Notes under the pieces: generated by a model
What the model was told of the DNA's origin: nothing
Seen by the model: only the letters and a program-made list of their open reading frames with translations
Databases searched by the model: none
Assembly (NCBI GenBank): GCA_963665845.2
Contig: OY762492.1
Span: 1,792,001-1,856,000, forward strand
From: Candidatus Poribacteria bacterium
GTDB lineage: Bacteria > Poribacteria > WGA-4E > GCA-2687025
Direction: 5' to 3'
Length of the DNA: 64,000 bases
Translations under genes and position numbers: made by a program
Part shown: piece by piece, positions 44,433-54,456 of the stretch
How the letters are laid out: every line of letters begins with the position of its first letter
Numbering within the stretch: the stretch's first letter is position 1

Positions 44433-45506
44433 TTAACGAACCTCTAGGTTGAACTTTATTGCGCCTGCAACAGCGTCTCGGCTGTAAGGGACGCATCCGA
44501 TTTCTCCGTCTTTCATTTTTTGAAGTCGGTAAAGACGCATCCGCTCGGGGCCAATGGCCTTATAAGCCGCCGAAACACATTCCCAACTGTGCGTCGCCGC
44601 GAACACCTGCGTGTTGGATTCCCGCGCCGCTTCATCGATCGCCGCCCAGACATCGGACTGAACCGAATAGTGGATTCCGTTCTCGACTTCATCAATGAGC
44701 GCAACTCCGCCCTGCGCAGCGACCAGTTTCAGAATGATGCGTACGACCTGACTCATACCTTCGCCCATAACCGAGAGCGGAACCAATTTGGGCTTCCCAA
44801 TGTCGCCGACGATAACTGGATCGCCGGCGATGGAATTGTCGGTGACGCTTACCAGCCGCGGCTCAATAATTTTGAGCGCGCTTAAGACCGGTCCGTCTTC
44901 TTTTTTCCATATTAAATCCGCAAGCTGGCGCGCGTATTCAGGGTTGTCCCTGTTCAAATTAAACGACCAAGAAAACAGCGCTGGTACCCCTTCTGGAGGA
45001 TCTCTTTGAAGCTGTCCGTCCTTAAACCACAGGTGAGACGATGCGACAGGCTCAATAAGATAATGACGATACAGCTCCGCTTTGATACAGTGTTTGTGAA
45101 AAATGCTCTTCGTTATAGGACCGTCCACGACCCAAGGAATATTCGGCTCCTGGCGCTCTTCCAACGATATTTTCAGCCGCGCGTTTTCTCGACCGACAAG
45201 ATACGCTTCAATCTCAATAGGTTTCTCCATATTATGATCGTGAAACAACTGTTCAAAATACGGCTCAAGCGCCTGAATAGCCTGTTCCTGGATATTCGAG
45301 CGGGGAAGACGGAGGATCGTTGGGTTCACTGCGAAAACAGCGTCCCCGCCCCCAGCCAAGAGATAAACCGCTTCTAGCAGGCTCGTTTTCCCGCTGTTGT
45401 TCTTCCCGACGATGATATTCACCGCGCCGAGATCGTCCATCTCTAAGCAGCGGAAGCCCCTGTAATTTTGAATTTTCATGCTCTGCAACATCGTCATCGG
45501 CTCCAT
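44433..45506 (-). CDS. ABC-type AAA_15/AAA_21 family ATPase
   Basis: IQNYRGF, Walker A GKNNSGKTS, MGEGM signature, Walker B LIDEVENGIH, ATHS; start uncertain. Confidence 0.88.
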   Translation of the reverse strand: MEPMTMLQSMKIQNYRGFRCLEMDDLGAVNIIVGKNNSGKTSLLEAVYLLAGGGDAVFAVNPTILRLPRSNIQEQAIQALEPYFEQLFHDHNMEKPIEIEAYLVGRENARLKISLEERQEPNIPWVVDGPITKSIFHKHCIKAELYRHYLIEPVASSHLWFKDGQLQRDPPEGVPALFSWSFNLNRDNPEYARQLADLIWKKEDGPVLSALKIIEPRLVSVTDNSIAGDPVIVGDIGKPKLVPLSVMGEGMSQVVRIILKLVAAQGGVALIDEVENGIHYSVQSDVWAAIDEAARESNTQVFAATHSWECVSAAYKAIGPERMRLYRLQKMKDGEIGCVPYSRDAVAGAIKFNLEVR

Positions 45507-45692
45507 TCGTCTTGCGCCCTGTCTGTCGTTAATCGTAACATGGGGCGGCTTGTTTTGCAATGCGCCGTTTGCGCCCGGCTCTCTATGCCGACGCGCGCCA
45601 AAGTTGCGCTTGCCAAAGCTGCCGCTCTCGTGTATCGTTTAGGCTGTATTTTGCGCTGTTGTTGATCAATCAAGACGCTGGGAGCCGTCATC

Positions 45693-48600
45693 TTGCTTCG
45701 CTACCGCCCCGACAATGTCCCTGTCGAACGCAAGTCGTTTTCTGGTCTGTTTTTCCTGCTTGGAGTGGTGTCGCTCATTGTGGCGGGCTGGGTCTTTTTC
45801 AACGAGTTTGAAACCCGCCGCCCCTACAAAAAATATCAGCGCGATTTCTACGCGCTGGAAACGACGCGGCTCAGCGCCGAGGTGGACGACCTCGCCCGCC
45901 AAATGCGCAACCTAGGGCAGGACCCTGAAGACATTGAGCCGATCATCAGCCCGAAAACGAACCTGTCGACTGACGAGACGGACGCTCTCGCCCGGCAAAT
46001 GCTGAACGAAACCTACGCGAACGTTGAGACCTTTAATAACGTATGGGCGGAGGTGCGCATCGAAACGGCGCACGGCAAACTTAGCCCCGTCGTCATTCCG
46101 CGGAACTTCACTGAGGATGAATTTCAGAACGCGCTGACGGTCGCCGATTTGGAACGCATGCGCGCCGAAGAGGATCGGAAACTGCGCGTCCAAAAATCGC
46201 TCCGAGACGCCGAATATTACCAGTACTCGCATGAGCGGCATGCGGACGACCCGAACCGCCAATACGAAGGCGCCGTTGAAATGCGCGAGGCGGTCGTTCA
46301 GCCGCGCGAAAATGTGATCGCAGCGATGACGGCGGTCGCGGACGCGATGCGCATCTGGCTTGCCGATTTTCAGAAGCGGAAAGGGGTTGAGGAGTCGCGC
46401 CGCATGGCGGAGCATCAAGCCAAGTACAGCGGCGAGGTTTCGGCGCTTGCCGTCGATTTGAGCTACGCGCGAGAGCAGCTTTCTTTGGTTGACCATAATC
46501 TGTTGGAGATGCTGAGCGACTTTGGGCGGGTCAAGCGGGTTGGAATTCAGCAGCAGCTGCTTGGCGATCATGGCTCGAAAATGAACGACGTCGACCGGTG
46601 CCAGTCATGCCACATCGCCGCGGCGAAAGAGGGGTATGAATGGTGGATCGAGATGACAGCGGTCGTGACGGAAAATCTAGAGATCGCGCTCGCCGCGCCG
46701 GATCCCGACGACCCTGAATTGTGGGTCGCGCGGCAAGGGCAGGAGATCGGAAACGCGCGGCAGATGATCTTGAACCGCCCCGTTCAACAGGGGGAGCTGT
46801 GGAACGATCCGCTGGTCTACATTGACGATGAGCCGTTTTATCCGCGCGACGGGTTCTCCATCGAGAAATGGACGATCGACTGGAGCGGCGAGTTTGCGGA
46901 CGCTTACCTGACGCAGGGGCGCGTTGTGAAGGTTTATCAGGCGTATCCGACGTTGTACCAGAGCCATCCGAACAGAGAAGCGCTGTTTGCGGCGCATCCG
47001 CCGGAGAGGTTTGGGTGCGTTACCTGCCATGCGGGTCAGGGGCGCGCGTTGACCTGGGAAGACGCCGGGTGCGATTTCCGAGAAGACCCGCACAATCCGA
47101 ATTCGCCGACGCATTGGTGGGAAGAGCCGATGCTGGCAAGCCTGCGCTCAAAAGACGAGCTGCGCGGCAAGGAGCGGTTCAAAGCGCATGAGAACGGCGA
47201 ATGGAGCGTCAAGGAGCTTGCTGAAAAGCTGAATCTGCCCGCAAGCGATCTTGTTGAATACGACGCGGAATGGTTCACGGAAGCGCTGTACCGTAAAAAA
47301 TCGCATTTTCATCCGAATGTGAATAATGAGCCGATCGGCGACTTTGCCGAAACGAACTGCGCGCATTGCCATTCCGAAACGCTGGAGCTGGACATGGCGC
47401 CGACCTTGTCTAAAGGGAAGCGGTTGTTTGAGCGGCTTGGATGCGCGGGCTGCCATCTTGTGAGCGATTATGAGCGGGTTGAGTACGACCCTGACGAAGA
47501 CTACATGGAGCATCGGCGGATGCAGGTCGGCCCCTCGCTTTCTTACGACAAGCAGATGGCGCAGTTGACGCAAGCCGACAACGATCCTGACATGGGCGGT
47601 TTTGGGTGGAAGTTGAACGAGAATACCGGCAAAGAGTGGCTTTTCAACTGGCTCAAAAACCCGCGCGCCTACCTGCCTGAAACGCGCATGCCGAACTATC
47701 GCTTCTCGGACGATGAAGCGAAAGCGTTGACCGCCTTTATTTTGACGGGAACGGGATGGGCGGAGAACGGCTCTGTTGAAGAGCCGCCGCTGGACGCTGC
47801 GAAGGTTGCGCGGGGCGAGGCGCTAACGCGGAACATCGGATGCTTGGCGTGCCACACAGCGCCCGACGCCGACGGAGAACCGGTAGGGAACACATTCGGG
47901 CCGGATTTGAGCCGCGTCGGATCTAAGTTGAGCCGCAAATTCCTGATGAAATGGCTGGCGAATCCGCGCGCCTACGACCCGAAGACGATCATGCCGTCCA
48001 TGTTTGACAATGTGCCGGAGCCGGAGAAGACGGCGCAGATTGAAGCGGTGGCGGAGTATCTGCTCTCGTTGAACGACCGCTCCTGGATGACATATGCCGG
48101 CGGCGATTTTGAGATCACGGAGGCGCTGGCGCAAGAGGGAGAGCGGCTGTTTGGACCGTCAGGCAAGGGCTGCGTCGGGTGCCATTTCATTGAGGCGGAA
48201 CTGCCGGCGGAGGATGGAGGCGTCCGGCAGGTCGGCGGCAGAGAATGGGTCGGACAGCAGATTGGCGCGGAGCTGAGCGATCTGGCGGCGAAAACGCCTG
48301 AATTTTTAGACTACGGCTTTGCGAGCCACCGCGCCGTCGTGTATTACGGCGACCGAAACGATCTGCGCTACGGAGAGCTGGTTAAGAAAAGCAAGGACGG
48401 TTCCGTTCAGGTTCGCGTTCCCGTAGAGGACGGCGCCGAAGGAGCGGTTGATCCGCTTGACTGGAAGGGGCTGTTCTATAAGACGGACGATCAGGTGAAA
48501 ACGATCACGCTTAACCCCGACGAGCCGAAGTCGATCACCAAGATTCATCACACATGGCATGACTGGGTCTTCAACAAGATCAAGGAGCCGAACATCTACG

Positions 48601-49697
48601 CGACGGAGGCGAATGCGGCGGCGCAGAACATGCCGAATTTCTACCTAAGCGACGATGAAGCGGCGGCTCTGCTCGTATTGCTGCGCAGCTTCGACACCTC
48701 CCATGCGCCGTCGGAGGAGTATCAGGACCGGTTGACGGAGCGGGAGAAACGCATTGAGCGCGGGCGCGCCTTGACAATACGTTATAATTGCGTCGGCTGC
48801 CATGCGATTGAGGAGTCGTTTGCGACGCGCGGAGGGCGCCTCTACAAAGGCTGGGCGTCCGGCAACCATACGCGCGATCATGAAGCGATGCCGAGATACG
48901 CCGGCCCCGACGGCGAATTCGACACCTTAGACGATATTCAAAAGAACGGATGGGCGGTTCCTGAACGCGGCTACGGCCTTTCTCTCACAATACAGCCCTC
49001 ATACGACGGAACGCGCCCGAACGCCGGCGCGCGGGCGGAGCCGATTCAGCTGCAGGCCGAGGAGATTATCCAGAACGGGCTGTCCAACGGGCCGTTTTCC
49101 TTTGACACGGTTGGCAATCCATTTTCATATATGCGCGCCGGGTATCCTGCCGACGGGGCGCGCATACAGCACGGACCTGTGTTGACCTTCGCCGGTGAGC
49201 GGTTCCGTACCGGATGGATGTTTGAGTTCTTGAAACGGCCGTATCCGGTCCGCGAATACCTGTTCGACCTGAACCAAGGGCGCATGCCGTATTTTCAGTT
49301 GACGGACGAGGAAGCGTCCGACATTGTGGCCTACTTCGCCGCGCTGGCGAACGAGCCGTATCCGTATGAGGAGCTGGATGACGAGGCGGAGCCGTCTCTA
49401 GTAAGTCTAGGGCGGACGATGTACGCCGCCGAAGCGGGATGCTCAACAGGGGAATGCCATCCTGCGTCGGGCGATTCGTCGCCGAAATACGCGCCCGATC
49501 TGCGCCATTCCGCCCGCTTGAAGCCGAGATGGATCAAGTCCTGGGTTACCAATCCAGAGGACTTTTGGCAGGGCAGCGGCATGCCGAAATTCCCATGGAC
49601 CAACGAGGCGGACGGGTCGCCGCTTTACCCGGAATACGGCGAGGTTGACCAGCTCATGTCGGCGCTCCGCGATTATGTCTTGACGCTGGGCGACTAA
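45693..49697 (+). CDS. Large membrane-anchored multiheme c-type cytochrome
   Basis: N-terminal TM, coiled coil, seven CxxCH (CQSCH, CVTCH, CAHCH, CAGCH, CLACH, CVGCH x2) plus CSTGECH; repeated GP.L...W...P....MP class I cytochrome c modules. Confidence 0.88.
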   Translation: MLRYRPDNVPVERKSFSGLFFLLGVVSLIVAGWVFFNEFETRRPYKKYQRDFYALETTRLSAEVDDLARQMRNLGQDPEDIEPIISPKTNLSTDETDALARQMLNETYANVETFNNVWAEVRIETAHGKLSPVVIPRNFTEDEFQNALTVADLERMRAEEDRKLRVQKSLRDAEYYQYSHERHADDPNRQYEGAVEMREAVVQPRENVIAAMTAVADAMRIWLADFQKRKGVEESRRMAEHQAKYSGEVSALAVDLSYAREQLSLVDHNLLEMLSDFGRVKRVGIQQQLLGDHGSKMNDVDRCQSCHIAAAKEGYEWWIEMTAVVTENLEIALAAPDPDDPELWVARQGQEIGNARQMILNRPVQQGELWNDPLVYIDDEPFYPRDGFSIEKWTIDWSGEFADAYLTQGRVVKVYQAYPTLYQSHPNREALFAAHPPERFGCVTCHAGQGRALTWEDAGCDFREDPHNPNSPTHWWEEPMLASLRSKDELRGKERFKAHENGEWSVKELAEKLNLPASDLVEYDAEWFTEALYRKKSHFHPNVNNEPIGDFAETNCAHCHSETLELDMAPTLSKGKRLFERLGCAGCHLVSDYERVEYDPDEDYMEHRRMQVGPSLSYDKQMAQLTQADNDPDMGGFGWKLNENTGKEWLFNWLKNPRAYLPETRMPNYRFSDDEAKALTAFILTGTGWAENGSVEEPPLDAAKVARGEALTRNIGCLACHTAPDADGEPVGNTFGPDLSRVGSKLSRKFLMKWLANPRAYDPKTIMPSMFDNVPEPEKTAQIEAVAEYLLSLNDRSWMTYAGGDFEITEALAQEGERLFGPSGKGCVGCHFIEAELPAEDGGVRQVGGREWVGQQIGAELSDLAAKTPEFLDYGFASHRAVVYYGDRNDLRYGELVKKSKDGSVQVRVPVEDGAEGAVDPLDWKGLFYKTDDQVKTITLNPDEPKSITKIHHTWHDWVFNKIKEPNIYATEANAAAQNMPNFYLSDDEAAALLVLLRSFDTSHAPSEEYQDRLTEREKRIERGRALTIRYNCVGCHAIEESFATRGGRLYKGWASGNHTRDHEAMPRYAGPDGEFDTLDDIQKNGWAVPERGYGLSLTIQPSYDGTRPNAGARAEPIQLQAEEIIQNGLSNGPFSFDTVGNPFSYMRAGYPADGARIQHGPVLTFAGERFRTGWMFEFLKRPYPVREYLFDLNQGRMPYFQLTDEEASDIVAYFAALANEPYPYEELDDEAEPSLVSLGRTMYAAEAGCSTGECHPASGDSSPKYAPDLRHSARLKPRWIKSWVTNPEDFWQGSGMPKFPWTNEADGSPLYPEYGEVDQLMSALRDYVLTLGD

Positions 49698-49802
49698 ACC
49701 GCGCTTGATGCGCTCAAAAAATGGAACCGCAGCCGCGTTCGGAGTCGTTTATGAAACGGGCGCGGACGGCGCCCCAAGAACCTGCTGAATTATGAGGGCG
49801 GT

Positions 49803-51554
49803 ATGTTTATTGAACGCGATGAAGACGCGGCGCGGATTGCGCCGGAACTGGAGTCGATGCCGATTCTATGCGTCGACACGGAGACGACGGGGCTAGACCC
49901 GTTCACCTCCGAGCTGTTGCTGATTCAGGTGGGCGATCTGAAACAGCAGTATGTGATTGACGCGCGAAAATGCTCCTTGGAACCGATTCGTCCTGTCCTG
50001 GAAAGCCAAAAGCCGAAGGTTCTGCACAACGCCAAATTCGACTACAAGATGCTCAAAAATCTTGCCGGCATCCGCATGGAAAATGTGGTCGATACGATGC
50101 TCATTGAGCAGACGATTCTGAACGGCAAAAAGGCGGAAGGCGGATACGGACTCGCCGCCGCCTATCAGCGGTATTTCGACAAAGAGATTTCCAAAGAGGC
50201 GCAAACCTCTTTCGTGAACCACACGGGCGACTTTTCGAAGGAGCAGATCGAATACGCCCGTCTCGACGTTCTCTATCCGCTGGAGATGCTGTATCAGCAG
50301 ATGCCGAAGATTCGGCGCGAGCGGCTGGAGCATACGGTCAAGCTGGAGTGCCTTGCCGTTCCCGCCATCGCGGACATTGAGCTGAACGGCGTCGCCATCG
50401 ACACGGAGCGGTGGCTGCGCATTTCTCAACAGGCGCAGGAAGAAGCGGAGCGCGTCCGCGGCGATCTCGACGAGCAGTTTGAAGAGTATCTCAGCCAGAA
50501 CAGGCAGGGGCAGCTGTTCGCCGCGCCCGTTGAGACGATCAACTACGACAGCGACCAGCAGCTGAAAGAGGCGCTGGCGAGCCTCGGCATTGAGGTCGAG
50601 AACACCGACAAGTGGACGCTGACGCGGCTTGAGCATCCGGTTTCCAAAATGATTCTTGAGTACCGCCAGCATCAAAAGGTGGTCTCGACCTACGGCGAGA
50701 CGTTCCTTGAGTATATTCATCCGAAGACGGGGCGAATCCATTGCGACTTTCGGCAGATGGGCGCCGAGAGCGGGCGGCTTTCATGCACCAAACCGAACCT
50801 GCAGAACATTCCGTCCGATTCGGAATTCCGCTCCTGTTTCATTGCCGGCGAGGCGCGCAAGATGATCACCGCCGACTACAGCGGATGCGAATTGCGGATT
50901 CTGGCGGAAATGAGCCAAGACCCGGAATTTTTGCGCGCTTTCAAAAACAACGAAGACCTGCACTCGCTCGTCGCAACGATGATGTTCGACAAGCCGGTCA
51001 GCAAGTACGAAAACCCTGAACTGCGTCAAAAAGCAAAGGCGGTCAACTTCGGGCTCGCCTACGGCATGTCCGCCAGAGGACTCGCCAATCAGATCGGATG
51101 CGGGGACGACGAAGCGGAAGAGCTTTTGAAAAAGTATTTCAACGCCTTCCCGTCGATCAAGTCGTTTTTAGAGAAGTCCGCGGCGATGGCGGTCTCGCGC
51201 GGTTACTCAACCACCATCGGCGGGCGCCGGCGCCATTTTGATGTCAGCAACATGGAGGACCGAAAGAAACGCGGGCAGGTCGAACGGCAGGGCAAAAACT
51301 CGCCCATTCAGGGCGCCAACGCCGATATGATCAAACTGGCGCTGTATGAGCTGCGGCGCGGGTTCCATGAACGGCGGATCGACGCGCAGCTGGTGAACAC
51401 CGTCCATGACGAGATCGTTGTGGAGTGCGCGGAGGAGATCGCCGAAGAGACGCAGGAGATGGTGGAGCGCATCATGCGCGCCGCTGGAGGCTTTTATGTT
51501 AAATCGATACCGGTGGACGTGGAAAGCGCGGTCGCCGATTGCTGGTCAAAATAA
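49803..51554 (+). CDS. Family A DNA polymerase with 3'-5' exonuclease, lacking the 5'-3' exonuclease domain
   Basis: ExoI VDTETTGLD, HNAKFD, YARLD; polymerase motifs ADYSGCELR, RQKAKAVNFGLAYG, VHDE; 583 aa. Confidence 0.92.
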   Translation: MFIERDEDAARIAPELESMPILCVDTETTGLDPFTSELLLIQVGDLKQQYVIDARKCSLEPIRPVLESQKPKVLHNAKFDYKMLKNLAGIRMENVVDTMLIEQTILNGKKAEGGYGLAAAYQRYFDKEISKEAQTSFVNHTGDFSKEQIEYARLDVLYPLEMLYQQMPKIRRERLEHTVKLECLAVPAIADIELNGVAIDTERWLRISQQAQEEAERVRGDLDEQFEEYLSQNRQGQLFAAPVETINYDSDQQLKEALASLGIEVENTDKWTLTRLEHPVSKMILEYRQHQKVVSTYGETFLEYIHPKTGRIHCDFRQMGAESGRLSCTKPNLQNIPSDSEFRSCFIAGEARKMITADYSGCELRILAEMSQDPEFLRAFKNNEDLHSLVATMMFDKPVSKYENPELRQKAKAVNFGLAYGMSARGLANQIGCGDDEAEELLKKYFNAFPSIKSFLEKSAAMAVSRGYSTTIGGRRRHFDVSNMEDRKKRGQVERQGKNSPIQGANADMIKLALYELRRGFHERRIDAQLVNTVHDEIVVECAEEIAEETQEMVERIMRAAGGFYVKSIPVDVESAVADCWSK

Positions 51555-51593
51555 CTGAAAGCGGTCGGGGCTTGGCTCGCATTAGCCGCCTAT

Positions 51594-51947
51594 ATGGGCG
51601 CGTTGTTCTGGTTGAGCAGCCTGCCGCAAGCGTCGCTGCCGTATGATTTCACGATCTCGGACAAGCTGGCGCACGCGGCGGCGTATTTCGGCCTCTGCCT
51701 TGTGGCGCGGATGCCGGCGGGAACGCTGTTTCGGCGGCGCGGGTACGCCATTCTGTTCGCTTTCAGCGTGTCCAGCGCCTACGGAGCGGCGGACGAGTTG
51801 CATCAGTCCTTGACGCCGGGTCGAATGTCTGATATACATGATTGGGCGGCGGATGTGATTGGAGCCGCCGTCGGCGCCGCGCTTCTTTTTTATTTTGAAA
51901 TCATGCGCGGGAAGAAAGGCTCGAAGGTCAAGGGAGGCAAGGAATGA
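51594..51947 (+). CDS. VanZ family membrane protein
   Basis: DKLAHAAAYF, YGAADELHQ...PGR...DWAAD; start uncertain. Confidence 0.85.
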   Translation: MGALFWLSSLPQASLPYDFTISDKLAHAAAYFGLCLVARMPAGTLFRRRGYAILFAFSVSSAYGAADELHQSLTPGRMSDIHDWAADVIGAAVGAALLFYFEIMRGKKGSKVKGGKE

Positions 51948-52357
51948 ACTGGAAACGCGCTCTGATTGGCGCATTGGCATGTCTCTTCGCGGCGACCGCC
52001 CAGGCGGATTCTCTTCGGACGATTGGAGCTGTCTTTTTCACAGCCGGCGCCGGGATGAGCTTTGGCGGAGCCGCTGTCGGAGCGGACGCCAGCGAAACCT
52101 ACGATCAGTATCTCTTAACGGCGCGCCAAAGCGATCTTGCCGCGCTCCATGACGATTATTCAAACAAGCGGCAGATGAGCGACCGTCTCTCTAAAACGGG
52201 GGCTAGTTTGATGGCTGCCGGCGCGTTGCTGGCGATCTACTCGGCGCTGTCTGAAGACGCCCCGCTCCCCGCAGCGCCTGCAGAGGGAATGTCGGCGCTG
52301 ATAGGAGGCGATGCGTCGTTTGCGCGGGCGGGGGTTGTATGGCGGATGCGGTTTTGA
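51944..52357 (+). CDS. Hypothetical exported/membrane protein
   Basis: Signal peptide, Gly/Ala-rich helices, terminal Phe; ATGA-coupled. Confidence 0.6.
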   Translation: MNWKRALIGALACLFAATAQADSLRTIGAVFFTAGAGMSFGGAAVGADASETYDQYLLTARQSDLAALHDDYSNKRQMSDRLSKTGASLMAAGALLAIYSALSEDAPLPAAPAEGMSALIGGDASFARAGVVWRMRF

Positions 52358-52382
52358 CGCGGTTTAAAAGGAGAGAAAGACG

Positions 52383-53519
52383 ATGAGATTTGTTGTTTTA
52401 TATGCCGCCGCCGCCGCTCTTCTGATCAGTTGCGGCGACGCCGACCATTTCGCCAACCCATACGACGCGCGCAACCCGCTCACCGAAGGCGGCGTCGCCG
52501 GCGTGGAAATTGTCAACGGAGACCAAAGCGCCGTTGTGATCTGGCGCGGCCTCGGCATGGACGGCACATCCTCCTATCGAATCTATAGACGGTATATGGG
52601 CGATCCGAGTTCGACCTATACGCTCATCGGAGAGAAACAGGCGGAACTGGACCCGTCCACCGGCATCGAACTCAAAAACGCGCTCTACCGCTTTGAAGAT
52701 CCCCAAGATTCTCTGGACCCGACCGCTCTTTTGAACGATTCCATTGACGCGGCGACCGGCAAGCGCGTTCCGTATCTTTACCGCGTCAGCGCCGTGGACG
52801 ACGAAGGGGCGGAGTCTCCCGATCCATCGGCGCTGGACGAAGTCCCATGGCTCGGATATTCCGCGACGCCCAGCGCCGCCCCCGACGGGCCGATTCCTAT
52901 ACCCGCGGCGAGCGATCTGCGCGTTGAACTGAACTGGATCGAATACGCGCTGCCGGACGATGTGCAGGCATACCGCGTCTACAGATCAAACGACGGGATC
53001 GAATGGACGCTGGCGCAGGAGATCAACGCGCGGCAGATCGCCGGAAACGATACGGGTCAGATTGTGCGCGAAGACGATCTGAAGCAGTACATCGACATCC
53101 AGTTCACGCGGGACGGGCAGGTTCGGCATTATCGAACAGCGGCGGTGGACGACGCCGGCGTGGAGAGCGCGGCGGAACCCGCGAATCAGATTGAGGTGGA
53201 GACGCCCAATTTGCCGCCCGCCGCGGTTCCGTTCGTGTTTGAAACGCTTCCGCTTCCCGGCGGACTCCAGCGCGTTCATATCGTCTGGGATCCCGCGCCC
53301 GAAGCGGACGTCGCCGGATACAATGTGTACTCAATGGCCGCTGCGGATCCAGACGGCTGGACGCTGTCCGAGACATTGGAAGACCCGGCGGCAAGCGAGA
53401 CATGGGTCACGCAGGACGAAGGAGCGTTGGTCGACTATTTTGTGACGGCGTACGACGACACCCCTCTCGACGACGGCGGTTTTGATCAAATTTATCCGCC
53501 CGGTTTCATGAACCCGTAA
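52383..53519 (+). CDS. Lipoprotein with fibronectin type III-like repeats
   Basis: Lipobox LISC followed by NPYDARNP; repeated W...YRIYR/YRVYR/YNVY and YRVSAVDDxGxES. Confidence 0.72.
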   Translation: MRFVVLYAAAAALLISCGDADHFANPYDARNPLTEGGVAGVEIVNGDQSAVVIWRGLGMDGTSSYRIYRRYMGDPSSTYTLIGEKQAELDPSTGIELKNALYRFEDPQDSLDPTALLNDSIDAATGKRVPYLYRVSAVDDEGAESPDPSALDEVPWLGYSATPSAAPDGPIPIPAASDLRVELNWIEYALPDDVQAYRVYRSNDGIEWTLAQEINARQIAGNDTGQIVREDDLKQYIDIQFTRDGQVRHYRTAAVDDAGVESAAEPANQIEVETPNLPPAAVPFVFETLPLPGGLQRVHIVWDPAPEADVAGYNVYSMAAADPDGWTLSETLEDPAASETWVTQDEGALVDYFVTAYDDTPLDDGGFDQIYPPGFMNP

Positions 53520-53529
53520 GGAGATAAGA

Positions 53530-54453
53530 ATGCGGCGCGCAGTAGCATGGATGGTCTGTTTGAATGTGGTATTGGGAGCGTCAGCTTCTGAACTGGGAGC
53601 GTTTCCGCGGGCAGGACTGCAGGAAACGGCGCACACCCTTGGGGCGGGAGGTTTCAGCGCCTCTATCGGCTTGTCGGCGCTGGAAACGCGCCTGCCGAAA
53701 CTGGGCGGCGCGTCCATGTTTCAAACGCTCAATGTCGGCGGCGTTGAAGCGGAGCGGGAAGTCCTTTACGAAGCCGAAGGCTCGCTCATACCGATCATGA
53801 TCGGTTTCGGCGTCTCCGAATCGACCGACCTGTATCTGTCGGGAACGGTCTCCGTCGGAACGCGCCAGAAGACGGTCAAAAACTATTACGACTCGCCCAA
53901 TCCCGACGGAGCGCTTGACAGGATATACGACCAGCCGCTTTTTGACGCCGGGATCGGAATCAAGCGGCTTTTGAAGCCTGACTACGGGGACGGACTCCCC
54001 GCGGTCGCCTTCGGGCTGCGCGCGCGCGCCGGGTACGCGTCGGACGACTTCGAAGAGTTCAAGGACGACACCCCTGAAGACGGCTATTTTTCGGCGGGCG
54101 GAGACGTCTATATCGCGTTGAGCGCGTCGTTTGGGGATCTGTTCAGGGCGCATGGAAGCGCGGGTCTGGATGTGTCTCAAAAGATGGGCGCGCGGTCCTT
54201 AGCCGGCGTCGGCATTGAGGCGGCGGCGATCCCAGGACAGCTGACCTTCGCCGCCTCCTACCTGATGCGTCGAAACCTTGCCGGCATCGAGAGCAGCTCC
54301 ATCATGACGGTTGGGCTGCAATACCAGTTTTCGCCGACCTCCTCCGCCCAGGTCTACGCGACTGCCGAGCAGGAGATGTATTTTGAAGCGGCGCGGCTCG
54401 GCAGCAAGCGCGAAGGGCTGAAACCGACCGGCCCTGTGCAAGAGCTGTTTTAA
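53530..54453 (+). CDS. Hypothetical exported protein, possible outer-membrane beta-barrel
   Basis: Signal peptide; alternating hydrophobic beta-strand pattern. Confidence 0.5.
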   Translation: MRRAVAWMVCLNVVLGASASELGAFPRAGLQETAHTLGAGGFSASIGLSALETRLPKLGGASMFQTLNVGGVEAEREVLYEAEGSLIPIMIGFGVSESTDLYLSGTVSVGTRQKTVKNYYDSPNPDGALDRIYDQPLFDAGIGIKRLLKPDYGDGLPAVAFGLRARAGYASDDFEEFKDDTPEDGYFSAGGDVYIALSASFGDLFRAHGSAGLDVSQKMGARSLAGVGIEAAAIPGQLTFAASYLMRRNLAGIESSSIMTVGLQYQFSPTSSAQVYATAEQEMYFEAARLGSKREGLKPTGPVQELF

Positions 54454-54456
54454 GCG

